From NCBI GenBank assembly GCA_903832295.1, contig CAILAZ010000227.1:12998-76997 (forward strand): 64,000 nt of DNA. Reading direction: 5' to 3'. This DNA is from an uncultured Acidobacteriota bacterium (GTDB lineage: Bacteria; Acidobacteriota; Terriglobia; Terriglobales; Acidobacteriaceae). Below, one piece after another: positions 26,965-36,820 of the stretch (its first letter is position 1; each line of letters opens with the position of its first letter). The notes under the pieces were generated by a model. That model had not been told where the DNA came from. It ran no database searches and worked only from the letters and a program-made list of their open reading frames with translations. A program made the position numbers and the translations under genes.

Positions 26965-28173
26965 GTGGCAAACGGAAACGGAAAGCGGCGGCGCAAGAAT
27001 TTCTGGATTGCGGCAATCGTAGTTGTGGCATTGTTGCTTGCTGTGGGCGGGCTGATGGCGGCACGCAGCGGGGGCGCCAAGATCGATCCCACAAAGCTGG
27101 CGAAGGTAGAGCGTGGCGACCTGGTGAAGAGCGTCGTGGCCACCGGTAAGGTGGAGCCGATCACTAAGGTCGAAATCAAGAGCAAGGCCAGCGGCATTGT
27201 GAAGAAGCTCTACATCGAGGCTGGCGACCATGTGAAGGCTGGGCAGGTTCTGGCGGAGCTGGATCGTGTGGAGATGGAGGCCCAGGTGCGCCAGTCGGAG
27301 GCGCAGTTGCAGTCTTCAGAAGCAACCCTGCACTCGTCGGAAGCGGACCTGGCGCGCTCCAGGGTGGACGCCGAGGGCGTGGACGTTCCGATGACGAAGA
27401 GGGCCTACGAGCGCGCTGGGGCGATGGCAAAGCAGGGCGTTGTGTCGGCAGCTGCGCTGGACGACGCGGAGAAGAACTACGAGATGGCCGCCAACAAGCA
27501 GCACGTTGCGCAGGCCCAGGTGCTGGTCAATTCTGCCAAGGTGTCACAGGCGCGAGCGGACGTGAAGCGCGCCGAGGCGACGCTCTCTCAGCTTCGCGAG
27601 CAGTTGAGCTACACCACGATTGTCGCGCCGATCGACGGCATTGTGCTCTCGCGCGACGTTGAGATCGGTGACGCGGTCAGCTCCATCCTGGTGATGGGCT
27701 CGGCCGCAACCCTGGTGATGACCGTGGGCGATACGCGCGAGGTTTACGTCAAGGGCAAGGTGGACGAGAGCGATATCGGCAAGGTCTTCCTCGGGCAGCC
27801 GGCCCGCATCCGCGTGGAGTCGTTCAAGGATAAGACGTTCCAGGGAAAGGTGACGAAGATCTCTCCGATGGGCGTGGAGAAGGACAACGTGACGACCTTC
27901 GAGGTCCGGGTTTCCATCAACAATCCCGGAGGCGAGTTGAAGGCGATGATGACGGCCAACGCGGAGATGATTCTGGAGGAGCACAAGAACGTGCTCAATG
28001 TGCCGGAGAGCTCGCTCATCTACGACCAGAACAAGGCCGCATCCATTGAGATTCCCGACGCAAAGGCAAAGGACGGGAAGAAGAAGATCACGGTGAAGGC
28101 CGGGATCTCCAACGGAGCGAAGACAGAAATCCTGGACGGACTCAACGAAGGACAGCAGGTAGTGTTGCAGTAA
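26965..28173 (+). CDS. HlyD/MacA-type periplasmic adaptor (membrane fusion protein)
   Basis: ORF 26863..28173; the likely GTG start at 26965 has a GGGGAGG SD 5 nt upstream. Contains a TM anchor, long coiled-coil hairpin, lipoyl and beta-barrel segments. Confidence 0.8.
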   Translation: MANGNGKRRRKNFWIAAIVVVALLLAVGGLMAARSGGAKIDPTKLAKVERGDLVKSVVATGKVEPITKVEIKSKASGIVKKLYIEAGDHVKAGQVLAELDRVEMEAQVRQSEAQLQSSEATLHSSEADLARSRVDAEGVDVPMTKRAYERAGAMAKQGVVSAAALDDAEKNYEMAANKQHVAQAQVLVNSAKVSQARADVKRAEATLSQLREQLSYTTIVAPIDGIVLSRDVEIGDAVSSILVMGSAATLVMTVGDTREVYVKGKVDESDIGKVFLGQPARIRVESFKDKTFQGKVTKISPMGVEKDNVTTFEVRVSINNPGGELKAMMTANAEMILEEHKNVLNVPESSLIYDQNKAASIEIPDAKAKDGKKKITVKAGISNGAKTEILDGLNEGQQVVLQ

Positions 28174-28205
28174 TTTGGAGTACGGCGGGAGCCGCCTGGC
28201 TCCCG

Positions 28206-28526
28206 CTAGCTGCGGAAGACCGTCATGACGATCCCGCCAAGAACAACAAGCCCGCCGCCCGCGATCACTCCCCGGTCAATGTTCTCGCGAAAAACGAGCA
28301 CGGCCACTGTCTGGGCAACCAAAAAGAAAATGACAATGTAGAGCCCCATGAGGCGGCTGAAGTCGAGCCTGGTCAGGTTCACCATCACGCCATAAACGAT
28401 CAGCGTCACGGCGCCGCCCAGCAGCAGAAGAACTCCCCGCCGCTGCAATCCACCGCGAATCAGCGCATCGCCGCCAACTTCCAGCAGGGCTGCGAGCACG
28501 AGAAAAATCAGAATACGTAAGGTCAT
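28206..28526 (-). CDS. small 4-TM membrane protein (YnfA/SMR-like, DMT superfamily)
   Basis: 106 aa with four hydrophobic helices and a conserved early Glu (LLEVGGDAL). Family assignment from memory only. Confidence 0.5.
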   Translation of the reverse strand: MTLRILIFLVLAALLEVGGDALIRGGLQRRGVLLLLGGAVTLIVYGVMVNLTRLDFSRLMGLYIVIFFLVAQTVAVLVFRENIDRGVIAGGGLVVLGGIVMTVFRS

Positions 28527-28575
28527 TTTTCCTCAGCCTGTTTGGATGATCGAGCTTGCGATTGGATTCGAGTTG

Positions 28576-29295
28576 CTAGCTGGCTTGCGGACCCAGCGCA
28601 GCAACAGCCGCGCGGCGGGCGCGCTCGAGCGAGTCCTGCATCTGGTGATGGCACTCATTCATCTGCTCATTGGTGGCGTCGGGGGGAACGTGAATGAGGG
28701 TGGTCCAGCGGAGGTGCACCTTGGAGAAGGGCCGCGGAATCATCATTGCATCCCAGGTGCGCAGCATCCACGGGCGGTCCAGCGCAAGATAAAAGCTGAG
28801 GATCGGCGCGCCGCTCATGCGGGCCAGAATGACGGGACCGGGTTTGGCCATGAAGCGCGGACCGCGTGGCCCGTCGATGGTGAAGGCTGCAATGCGCCCC
28901 TGGGCGAGAGCGCGATTCATCCCGAGCAATGCCGCCGAGCCTCCGCGCGAACTGGAGCCGCGCACGGCAACAAATCCGAAGCGCTCAATAATGCGTGCAA
29001 TGTATTCGCCGTCAAAGCTGAGACTGGTCATCACCGCGATGCCCTTGCGGCGAAAATACCAGGTCGCTGGAATCACGCAGCGGTGCCAGAAAGGGCCGAT
29101 GGTGAATGGCTCGGGTTCCGCACCCTCTGCTACCCCGCCGGGCTCGGATGAGCACTCATAGCGCAGCGTGCAGCCGATGAGGCTGATGAGCAGAAATCCT
29201 GCCCAGGAGATGCACCACAGCCCAAGCCGTTGCCCAACGGTGAACCTGGTGGGCAGGGCGGGCTCTGCGGATGTCGATGAAGGAGTGGTGCTCAC
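28576..29295 (-). CDS. DUF374 / lysophospholipid-acyltransferase-like protein
   Basis: 239 aa: SFDGEYIARIIERFGFVAVRGSSSRGG...AFTIDGPRGPRFMAKPG, the DUF374 signature as I remember it. Confidence 0.6.
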   Translation of the reverse strand: MSTTPSSTSAEPALPTRFTVGQRLGLWCISWAGFLLISLIGCTLRYECSSEPGGVAEGAEPEPFTIGPFWHRCVIPATWYFRRKGIAVMTSLSFDGEYIARIIERFGFVAVRGSSSRGGSAALLGMNRALAQGRIAAFTIDGPRGPRFMAKPGPVILARMSGAPILSFYLALDRPWMLRTWDAMMIPRPFSKVHLRWTTLIHVPPDATNEQMNECHHQMQDSLERARRAAVAALGPQAS

Positions 29296-29313
29296 GTAGG
29301 AATTGTACCCTGC

Positions 29314-30498
29314 TCAGCGGCGCGAGGCGGCCCAGGCAATCGCGGTCCTGGTGCGGCGCCCAATTGAGGGGTGAGAGTGAAACAGGAGTTCCACCCAGCG
29401 CGACGGATCGCGCTCAGATAGATTCAGCGCTGCGATCTTTTCCATCGCTGAGCAGAATGGCTGAACAGTTCCCAGTGATTTCCACGCGTAAAGATCGGCC
29501 TGTCGCTCGTTGAAGCGCGAATACGCGTTCATCACCGGCATTAACACAACTGAAATCCCGGTTGCCACCAGCGCAATCAGCGGAAGGTTTGCGAAATCGA
29601 TCTGATCCAGGGGATGTACCCAGTCGATGGCCGCCCAGCGAACCGCAAGTTTCAGGCACCAGAAGCCGAGAAACGTTATGACGCTCTGGACCGCAATTCC
29701 CTTGAGCATGTGGTGGCAGACGTGATGGCCGAGTTCATGAGCAAGCACGGCTTCAATCTCTTCGTGGTCGCAGGTGGCCAGCAGGGTGTCTGAAATCACG
29801 ATCCGGCGGGTTCGCCCCAGTCCCATGAGCGCAGCGTTGGCTTTCTTGGTCTTTTCCGAGAGCATCCACTCATATACGCCGCGCACCTTAGCTCCCGCTT
29901 TCTCGCTCAATCGAGTTAGGCGTGCGGTCAGTTCTTCGTCAGCCAGGGCTTTGAAGCGGAAGAACAAGGGAAACAGCACGATGGGAGCGATGTGCGCCAT
30001 GAGCACGCTGAACACCATGAACAACACCCAACCGGTTACCCACCACCACTGTGGCTGCAGGCGGATCAAGAAATAGAGAAACTGAACCAGAATCTGGCAG
30101 AGCAGAAAATTCAGGGCGAAACCCTTGGTCTGATCCCAGGCCCAACTGCGCAGGCGCTGGTTGCTGAGGTGGTAGCTGTGCTCGATCAGGAAGCTGTAGT
30201 AGTCCAGACCAAGGCTGAGGAGCTTTGTTAGCAGGAGCAGGATGGAGGTGTAAAGGAAGAGCGCGGCGGAATGGTGATCGCCGGCGATTCGCACGGCAAA
30301 GTTCCGGATGCTGCTGGTCCAGTCCGCGGCGAGCAGCAACGCCATCAGAACGAGACCCAGCCCCAGGTCTGCGACGCCAATGCGTCGGAGGAGGCGGTTG
30401 TAGCGACGCGCCTCTGCCGTCTCCGCAGGTAAACGACGTTCACCGGGCAAGCCGGGAGGGGGAATCATGGTTTCCATGCGATTGTCATCAGTGTACAA
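29314..30498 (-). CDS. membrane M48 metalloprotease (Ste24/HtpX-like)
   Basis: 394 aa with multiple N-terminal TM helices, HELGHHV, NERQADLYA, and C-terminal HSHPSIGRR. Confidence 0.8.
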   Translation of the reverse strand: MYTDDNRMETMIPPPGLPGERRLPAETAEARRYNRLLRRIGVADLGLGLVLMALLLAADWTSSIRNFAVRIAGDHHSAALFLYTSILLLLTKLLSLGLDYYSFLIEHSYHLSNQRLRSWAWDQTKGFALNFLLCQILVQFLYFLIRLQPQWWWVTGWVLFMVFSVLMAHIAPIVLFPLFFRFKALADEELTARLTRLSEKAGAKVRGVYEWMLSEKTKKANAALMGLGRTRRIVISDTLLATCDHEEIEAVLAHELGHHVCHHMLKGIAVQSVITFLGFWCLKLAVRWAAIDWVHPLDQIDFANLPLIALVATGISVVLMPVMNAYSRFNERQADLYAWKSLGTVQPFCSAMEKIAALNLSERDPSRWVELLFHSHPSIGRRTRTAIAWAASRR

Positions 30499-30558
30499 GA
30501 GTGCTTCGCGGTTCCTGAAGTAATTTAATTGGACGCTTTCCTGCAGGTCAAAGGGTGG

Positions 30559-31443
30559 CTATTTTAGTTCAGTGACGACTGCGCCCGGCGGCGTATCGAG
30601 TTGAAATTGCTCAGGACTTAGCGGCCCGTTCAGGGTTAGCTTAATCATCTTCAGGGTGATGCTGTACTCCTCCTGCGGCCTCTGAATTTCAACCAGAGAA
30701 GGGAACTGAACCCCGCCATAATCCTGCAGGTCCGAGTAGGTCGCGTCCGTCGCAATCGCTCCCTTGTCGTCGTAGATCGTCTGCCGGTAGGGCTGAAGGT
30801 CTGCACGGCTGAAGTAGATTTTCCGGTAGAGATGCCAGGAGTCCTGCGGACCGCGACGGATTACCACGACATGGTAGTTCGGCTGGGTTACAGACTTGTG
30901 AGTCTTCTCGTCCACAACTTCCTGGGTACCCTCTTCGAGCACTGCAATCTCTGTCTTGGGATCGATCTCAGGCATGAGCAGGGCCTCGTAAATCACCTGG
31001 GGACGGAGATTCTCCAGTGGATTGTCACTGATTTTCGTGAGCTGGTTGCTGCCGGTGACGAAGCGGTTCCGAGGAGGTATAGACAGTTTGAAGCGATCCC
31101 CATCGCTGACCATGTCGAAAGCGCGATTCCGAACAATTGGAAGCAGTCCGATCATGCGCAACATCGACGGTTTTTGCGCCAGGATGTAGCCACGAATCTG
31201 CTGGTACTCAATGACTTTGCCCTTCTTTTCGCCGCCAACGGTGGTATCGATATCCACCGTTGCATTCATGGTTCGAACGCTGGCGGAAAGTTGGGCTATC
31301 TTCGCCACCAATTCCTGCTGCGTTGCACTCTTGAGAGGCACGGGAGAGCGCTTCGATTCCACCCGGTGCGAGCGGAACAGACAGCCGGTTGTGCTACACA
31401 AGCACAGTGCCAGCAGGACAATTGTCAGGCGAGCTCTTTCCAT
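30559..31443 (-). CDS. lipoprotein, unknown function (LolA/LolB-like fold possible)
   Basis: Lipobox-like signal MERARLTIVLLALCLCSTTGC. No motif I can name. Confidence 0.5.
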   Translation of the reverse strand: MERARLTIVLLALCLCSTTGCLFRSHRVESKRSPVPLKSATQQELVAKIAQLSASVRTMNATVDIDTTVGGEKKGKVIEYQQIRGYILAQKPSMLRMIGLLPIVRNRAFDMVSDGDRFKLSIPPRNRFVTGSNQLTKISDNPLENLRPQVIYEALLMPEIDPKTEIAVLEEGTQEVVDEKTHKSVTQPNYHVVVIRRGPQDSWHLYRKIYFSRADLQPYRQTIYDDKGAIATDATYSDLQDYGGVQFPSLVEIQRPQEEYSITLKMIKLTLNGPLSPEQFQLDTPPGAVVTELK

Positions 31444-31577
31444 TGAGGACGAAACGTACTCCTGTCGGGTCAGTTTTTAGTATATAGGCTCAGGCAGAAT
31501 TGAGTGCAGCCGCAGTAGAGACAGGCGCAAAGAAGCTGACCTTCATCGAAAATAAGACAGATTTCAGCAGGATGGAA

Positions 31578-33806
31578 TCAGTGTGATTCGCCGTCTGCAG
31601 TGGACGCGGCTGGCTTGGACTTACGGCCCGTCAGGACCTCAGGAGGAGCCTCAGGAAACTGTTCGTCGTCCCGACCGGCAATGGCCACCTTCATGAAGTC
31701 CATCCAGATTGGAAGGGCTGCCTGAGCCCCGGTCTCCTTGGCACCCAGTGTCTTCTTCTCGTCGAATCCGACCCAGACCCCGCACGTCATGGAGGGCGAG
31801 AAGCCCATGAACCAGGCATCGGTGAAATCGTTGGTGGTACCGGTTTTCCCTGCAAGAGGATGATTCAGTTTGCTGGCGGCGAAGGCCGTCCCGTGCTGAA
31901 CCACTCCCTGGAGCAGTTCCACCATAACCCGCGCAGAATGAGCACTGATCACATCGCGAACATCCGCGAAATCCTGTTCCATGATGTGGCCATCGTAGTC
32001 GGTAACCTTGCGAATGGAATGCGGGCTGAGGCGAACTCCATCATTCGGAAATGTCGAGTAGGCGGCTGCGTGCTCGAGCAGGATGACCTCCGCGGAGCCC
32101 AGCGCTACTGGAAGGTAGGGCTGAATGTCCGAGGTGATGCCGAACTTGTGGACGTAGTCGATCACGGTCTTGATGCCGACGCGCTGTGCCAGTTTAATGG
32201 CGGGAATATTGCGCGAGTCGGCTAGAGCGCGGCGCAGCGATATGTTGCCCTCGTACTTGTTGTCATAGTTGTGCGGCGCCCATGTGCCGGAGACGCTACT
32301 GAAGCTGATAGGGGCGTCAAGGATCGTGTCGTCAGGAAGCGCGCCGTCCTCGACGGCGGCAGAATAGACGTAAGGCTTGAAGGAGGACCCGGTCTGGCGC
32401 AGAGCCTGGGTCGCGCGATTGAACTTCGATTCTTCGAAGTCCCGGCCGCCAACCATGGCGCGAATTTCTCCCGTATTGTTGTCGATGGCGACCAGCGCAC
32501 CTTGCGCTCCGGAATCCTGCTCCAGCGTGAGTTGTAACCGGTGCTCGAGTTCAACCGCAGAGACCCGGACATAGACTACGTCTCCAACGGAGAGAATCTC
32601 ATTGGGGGAGTGATGGCCCGTCCAACTCATGTCTGCAGGGCGAATCTGCCCACGATATTTACCGACCTTCACTGTTGCCTCGCCTTGCGCAACGCTGGTC
32701 ACCAGGGCATGGAAGTAGGAACCCGGCTCGGGCGAGTGATTCCAGTCCGGGTGTTCGTACAGTGAGAAATCCTCCCCTGCGGCGATGACATTCCGAACAT
32801 GGCCCTTCCAGCCATGCCGGCGCTCATAGGCGGCCAACCCATCCAGCAGTGCGCGGTTTGCAGTCCGCTGCAAGTCCATATCCAAAGTCGTATAAACACG
32901 GAGTCCGCCTTCGTGAACCTGATCAGTACCATACTTTTTTTCAAGATAGCGGCGAATCTCTTCCACAAAATATGGAGCAAGGTTGTTGGGGTCGGATTGC
33001 AGCCGGAGATTAAGAGGCCGGCTCTTTGCTTCCTGTGCCTGCTGAGCGGTAATGCGGCCATCTTCCATCATGTTGTTGATGACGAGGTTGCGGCGACGCT
33101 GCGCTTTGTCCGGGTTGTTGACGGGCGAATAAGCGCTTGGACCCTTCGGTAGTCCTGCGAGCAGGGCGGCCTCTTCAATCGTCAGATCGCGCGCGTGCTT
33201 GCCGAAGTAGAATTCCGAGCCGGCCTCAAAGCCATAAACCCCATGGCCGAGGAATATCTGGTTGGCATAGAGGGTGAAAATCTGTTCCTTGGTGAATCTG
33301 CGCTCGATCTGGATAGCCAGCATGATTTCCTGTACCTTGCGGCCAAACTTGCGGTCGGCGGTGAGGAACAGGTTCCGCGAAAGCTGCATGGTGAGGGTGG
33401 ACGCGCCCTGCGCGCGCGACCCGCTGGCGAGGTCGCGGTAGGCTGCCCCCATCACCCGCCACAAATCGATACCCCAATGCCGCTCAAAGTCTTTGTCCTC
33501 AATGGAGATAACGGCATCGCGCAGCACCTTTGGATAGTCTTCGTAACGGGCGATGACGCGGCGTTGCAGGGCAAAGGTTCCAATCACATTGCCCTTCTGG
33601 TCGTAGAGTTCGGTAATCGAACTGGGCCGGTAGCGTTCAAGATCGGTGACCTGGGGAAGGTCCGTGGAATAGACAAAGAGGAGTCCGGCGAGAGTGCCAA
33701 ACAACGCCGCTGCAATAATGGCCAAGCCAAAGATCACACGATGCACCATGCGTGTGCGTTCGGCGTGGAAGATGGGCGTGGCCCGTTTGTCGAGAAGCGT
33801 GGTCAT
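31578..33806 (-). CDS. mrcA: penicillin-binding protein 1A (bifunctional glycosyltransferase/transpeptidase)
   Basis: 742 aa: GT51 motifs EDKDFERHWGID and RKVQE; transpeptidase motifs SSFKP, SRN, KTGTT. Confidence 0.92.
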   Translation of the reverse strand: MTTLLDKRATPIFHAERTRMVHRVIFGLAIIAAALFGTLAGLLFVYSTDLPQVTDLERYRPSSITELYDQKGNVIGTFALQRRVIARYEDYPKVLRDAVISIEDKDFERHWGIDLWRVMGAAYRDLASGSRAQGASTLTMQLSRNLFLTADRKFGRKVQEIMLAIQIERRFTKEQIFTLYANQIFLGHGVYGFEAGSEFYFGKHARDLTIEEAALLAGLPKGPSAYSPVNNPDKAQRRRNLVINNMMEDGRITAQQAQEAKSRPLNLRLQSDPNNLAPYFVEEIRRYLEKKYGTDQVHEGGLRVYTTLDMDLQRTANRALLDGLAAYERRHGWKGHVRNVIAAGEDFSLYEHPDWNHSPEPGSYFHALVTSVAQGEATVKVGKYRGQIRPADMSWTGHHSPNEILSVGDVVYVRVSAVELEHRLQLTLEQDSGAQGALVAIDNNTGEIRAMVGGRDFEESKFNRATQALRQTGSSFKPYVYSAAVEDGALPDDTILDAPISFSSVSGTWAPHNYDNKYEGNISLRRALADSRNIPAIKLAQRVGIKTVIDYVHKFGITSDIQPYLPVALGSAEVILLEHAAAYSTFPNDGVRLSPHSIRKVTDYDGHIMEQDFADVRDVISAHSARVMVELLQGVVQHGTAFAASKLNHPLAGKTGTTNDFTDAWFMGFSPSMTCGVWVGFDEKKTLGAKETGAQAALPIWMDFMKVAIAGRDDEQFPEAPPEVLTGRKSKPAASTADGESH

Positions 33807-33894
33807 TGCGGGTGAGGGTCAGAGGAAGAATAACACCAGCAGCAGGTCTGCTGCTCTAAGGAATGCGCTGGGGATGTACGAAGGGACACTCACC

Positions 33895-34329
33895 TCAGGG
33901 TTCCAACGGGTGGTGGCGCGCCTCCATCCAATTCTGGAGAATGAGAACAGCGGCAAGCTGGTCAACAACAGCGGCGCGTTTCTTGATGGACATTTCGGTC
34001 TCCCGAAGAACGCGGTTGGCCTCCACGGAGGTGAGCCTCTCATCCCAGAGATGGATGGGCAGATTGAAGCGTTGTTGAAGCACGGTGACGAATTCGCGCA
34101 TCTTCTCTGATTGGATGCCTTCCGCACCACTCATTCGGAGGGGGAGTCCCACGACGAGTTCCACGACGCCATACTTCCGAATGACGTCTTCAAGGGCGGC
34201 GAGATCCGTCCGCTTGTTTTTGCGGCGAATGGTGATCAGGCCCTGGGCGGTGAAGCCGAGCGGGTCCGTTACGGCCAGTCCGATGGTGCGGGAACCAACA
34301 TCGAGGGCCATGATGCGTCCAGAAGGCAT
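33895..34329 (-). CDS. ruvX: Holliday-junction resolvase-like nuclease RuvX/YqgF
   Basis: ORF 33895..34566 trimmed to ATG 34329 (MPSGRIMALDVGSRTIGLAV...); alternative ATG at 34311. Confidence 0.85.
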   Translation of the reverse strand: MPSGRIMALDVGSRTIGLAVTDPLGFTAQGLITIRRKNKRTDLAALEDVIRKYGVVELVVGLPLRMSGAEGIQSEKMREFVTVLQQRFNLPIHLWDERLTSVEANRVLRETEMSIKKRAAVVDQLAAVLILQNWMEARHHPLEP

Positions 34330-34412
34330 TTCTTTATCGTTGGTCTGCACAAGGCAAGTATAGTTCGATATAGACGGGATTACAGCCAGCAGCTCTGTAC
34401 TGCCGGGAGAAG

Positions 34413-35576
34413 ATGGAGATGGAGCGCACAACAGACACTCTTGAAGGCGGAGACGCTCAGACGGCGAAGTTGCAGGCGCTGGCTCCGGTATTGGAGAACA
34501 CGGCAAAGTCCGTGTTGCTGACGGACGCCGACAGGCAAAGACACGCGCGAATCCAGAGCGGCTCACTCGCTGTGCTGGCCGTGGGCGGCGTGCTGGTGCT
34601 GATGTACCTTGCCAAGGCCGTACTGGTGCTCACCCTGGTTTCGGTGTTAATCGCGTTCATGCTGGCTCCGATCGTTGAACTCTGCCAGCGGATTCACCTG
34701 CCGCGCTCACTGGGTTCACTGATTGCCGTACTGCTGATGTGTGCAGCACTCTACGGCATCTTCTACGTGTCTTACAGTCAGGCCAATGAGTTTGTCTCTG
34801 AGCTCCCAAAATATTCCGGAAAGATCCGTTCCGTGCTGAACCAGGTGCGCCTGCGGGCGGAGCGCGTCCGCCAAACGACGCGGAACGTTCTGCCAGAGGA
34901 GAAGGTGGAAAAGGGAACTCTGACCGTGCGCCAATCCAGCAACTGGATGGATGATCTGACGAGCGGGGCAATTGGAGCGACGGAGGTAGTACTGCTGGCA
35001 GCTTTTGTCCCATTCCTCGTCTTCTTCATGTTGAGCTGGCAGGACCACGTTCGGTCCTCCACTGTAATGCTCTTCAACATGGAGAATCGGAACACCGCTT
35101 ATGTGACCTTGGGGCTGATTTCGCAGATGATCCGAGGATTCATTGTCGGAAACGTAGTCATTGGAGTGATTCTGGGGATCACCAGCACCATCGCATTCTG
35201 GATTTTGGGAGTTCCGTATTTTTACATCATCGGGATGATCAGTGGCATCGTGAGCCTGCTGCCGTACCTGGGAATTGTGCTGGCGATTCTTCCCCCGGTG
35301 GTCGTCAGCCTGGGTTCAATGAATATCCGGAGCTTCGCGTCCATAGTGGCGGTGGTGGCCATCAGCCACGTGATTGCGCTCAACGTGCTCTATCCGAAGA
35401 TCATCGGACGCCGCCTGCAACTGAATCCGCTGGCGGTCACCCTGGCGTTGCTATTCTGGGGATGGCTATGGGGGGCGATGGGATTGATTCTTGCGGTGCC
35501 GCTTACGGCCGCTATCAAGATCATCTTCGATCACGTAGAGAGCTTGCGGTCGTGGGGGGACTGGCTAGGCGAGTAA
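34413..35576 (+). CDS. AI-2E family transporter (PerM/YhhT-like)
   Basis: 387 aa, 7-8 TM helices, conserved C-terminal region LLFWGWLWGAMGLILAVPLTA. Confidence 0.85.
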   Translation: MEMERTTDTLEGGDAQTAKLQALAPVLENTAKSVLLTDADRQRHARIQSGSLAVLAVGGVLVLMYLAKAVLVLTLVSVLIAFMLAPIVELCQRIHLPRSLGSLIAVLLMCAALYGIFYVSYSQANEFVSELPKYSGKIRSVLNQVRLRAERVRQTTRNVLPEEKVEKGTLTVRQSSNWMDDLTSGAIGATEVVLLAAFVPFLVFFMLSWQDHVRSSTVMLFNMENRNTAYVTLGLISQMIRGFIVGNVVIGVILGITSTIAFWILGVPYFYIIGMISGIVSLLPYLGIVLAILPPVVVSLGSMNIRSFASIVAVVAISHVIALNVLYPKIIGRRLQLNPLAVTLALLFWGWLWGAMGLILAVPLTAAIKIIFDHVESLRSWGDWLGE

Positions 35577-35600
35577 AGAGTTCTGCGAAGGAAATAAATC

Positions 35601-35622
35601 AGCGCAGCCCGCAGGCTGCGCT
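35601..35622. terminator. hairpin between convergent AI-2E transporter and carD genes
   Basis: AGCGCAGCC (35601-35609), loop CGCA, GGCTGCGCT (35614-35622). The T-rich tail (GATTTATTT) is on the minus strand, so it probably serves carD. Confidence 0.55.
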
Positions 35623-35637
35623 TGGGCCAAACGGATC

Positions 35638-36168
35638 CTAAACTTCTATGCTTGCAGCCTCCGGCCAGCGCAGCTTGCACTTGCAAAGCGCCTTGCGGAG
35701 TTCCTCTTCCACTTCCTCTTCGTCACGAGCCCTGGCCATGGCCATTTCACTGATAAGAAGGAACCTGGCACGCTCCAGCATCTTCTTTTCACGGAAGCTG
35801 AGGGGCTTTTGAGCCGCCAGGACGAGCAGACCCTTGAGCACAATTGCCACTTCCAGCAATGAGCCGGTCCGCATCTTGTCCGAGTTTTCTTTGAAGCGGT
35901 TCTTCCAATCCGAACTGCTTTCGCACTTGCCGTCCGACAAATACTCGAGGATCTTCTGGGCTTCCGTGTTCTTGACGATCCGGCGTAAGCCCACCGCCTC
36001 GGCGTTCTGGAAAGGCACCATCACCTTAAGACTGCTGGAGCGAATGCGAAGCAGGTAAAAGCGCTCGACCGAGGTACCGATCGTGCGGCTGGAAATCTGC
36101 TCGATGATTCCTACCCCGTGGTTTGGGTAGACTACCTTTTCGCCGACGCTAAACTGTGTTGTGCTCAT
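35638..36168 (-). CDS. carD: CarD/CdnL-family RNA-polymerase-binding transcription factor
   Basis: 176 aa: FSVGEKVVYPNHGVGIIEQI (Tudor-like RID) plus a helical C-terminal domain. Confidence 0.88.
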   Translation of the reverse strand: MSTTQFSVGEKVVYPNHGVGIIEQISSRTIGTSVERFYLLRIRSSSLKVMVPFQNAEAVGLRRIVKNTEAQKILEYLSDGKCESSSDWKNRFKENSDKMRTGSLLEVAIVLKGLLVLAAQKPLSFREKKMLERARFLLISEMAMARARDEEEVEEELRKALCKCKLRWPEAASIEV

Positions 36169-36263
36169 TCATTAGACCCGGAGGCCGGGCAGATTACTAT
36201 TTCATTATACGTCGCGCGCTGAGAGAGGGTCAACGAAGTGGTCGTGCCACCCCGTAGGCGCGG

Positions 36264-36309
36264 TATAATAACGGACTGTACCTCTTCCCGTGCGCGGCTT
36301 GCCGCGCAC
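36264..36309 (+). promoter_or_regulatory. greA -10 box and 5'-leader hairpin
   Basis: TATAAT at 36264-36269. GTGCGCGG (36290-36297), loop CTTG, CCGCGCAC (36302-36309), then AAAGGTTTTAT before the ATG at 36326. Confidence 0.4.
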
Positions 36310-36325
36310 AAAGGTTTTATAGGAA

Positions 36326-36820
36326 ATGCCTGAACACGTTAAGAAGAAGCTCCAGGAAGAAATCGATCTGCTCGAACACGAGCTGAATCACGAACTTCCG
36401 GCTGAGCTCAAGAAAGCCGTGGCTCTCGGAGACCTCTCTGAGAATGCCGAATACCACATGGCCAAGCAGCGCCAGGAGTTTGTCCGCGCCCGCTTGGGAA
36501 TGATGAAAAAACGTATGGCCGAGCTGTCATTGATGAATCTGGCCAACATTCCCCGCGACCGGGCAGCACTGGGTTCCACGTTGGTGGTCTTTGATTCCAC
36601 CAAGGATGAAGAGATCGTCTATAAACTGGTGACCAGCGAGGAAAGCGATGTCACCAAGGGTATGGTCTCCACCACGTCGCCTATTGGCCGCTCTCTGATG
36701 GGCAAGAAGGTGGGAGATGTGACGACCGTAGTTACTCCAGGGGGCACTCGCGAGTTGGAGGTCCTGAAGTTGACCACCATGCACGACGCCACCGACCAAC
36801 GAACGGAATCACAAGCATGA
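36326..36820 (+). CDS. greA: transcription elongation factor GreA
   Basis: 164 aa with the coiled-coil tip GDLSENAEYHMAKQ and a C-terminal globular domain. Confidence 0.92.
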   Translation: MPEHVKKKLQEEIDLLEHELNHELPAELKKAVALGDLSENAEYHMAKQRQEFVRARLGMMKKRMAELSLMNLANIPRDRAALGSTLVVFDSTKDEEIVYKLVTSEESDVTKGMVSTTSPIGRSLMGKKVGDVTTVVTPGGTRELEVLKLTTMHDATDQRTESQA

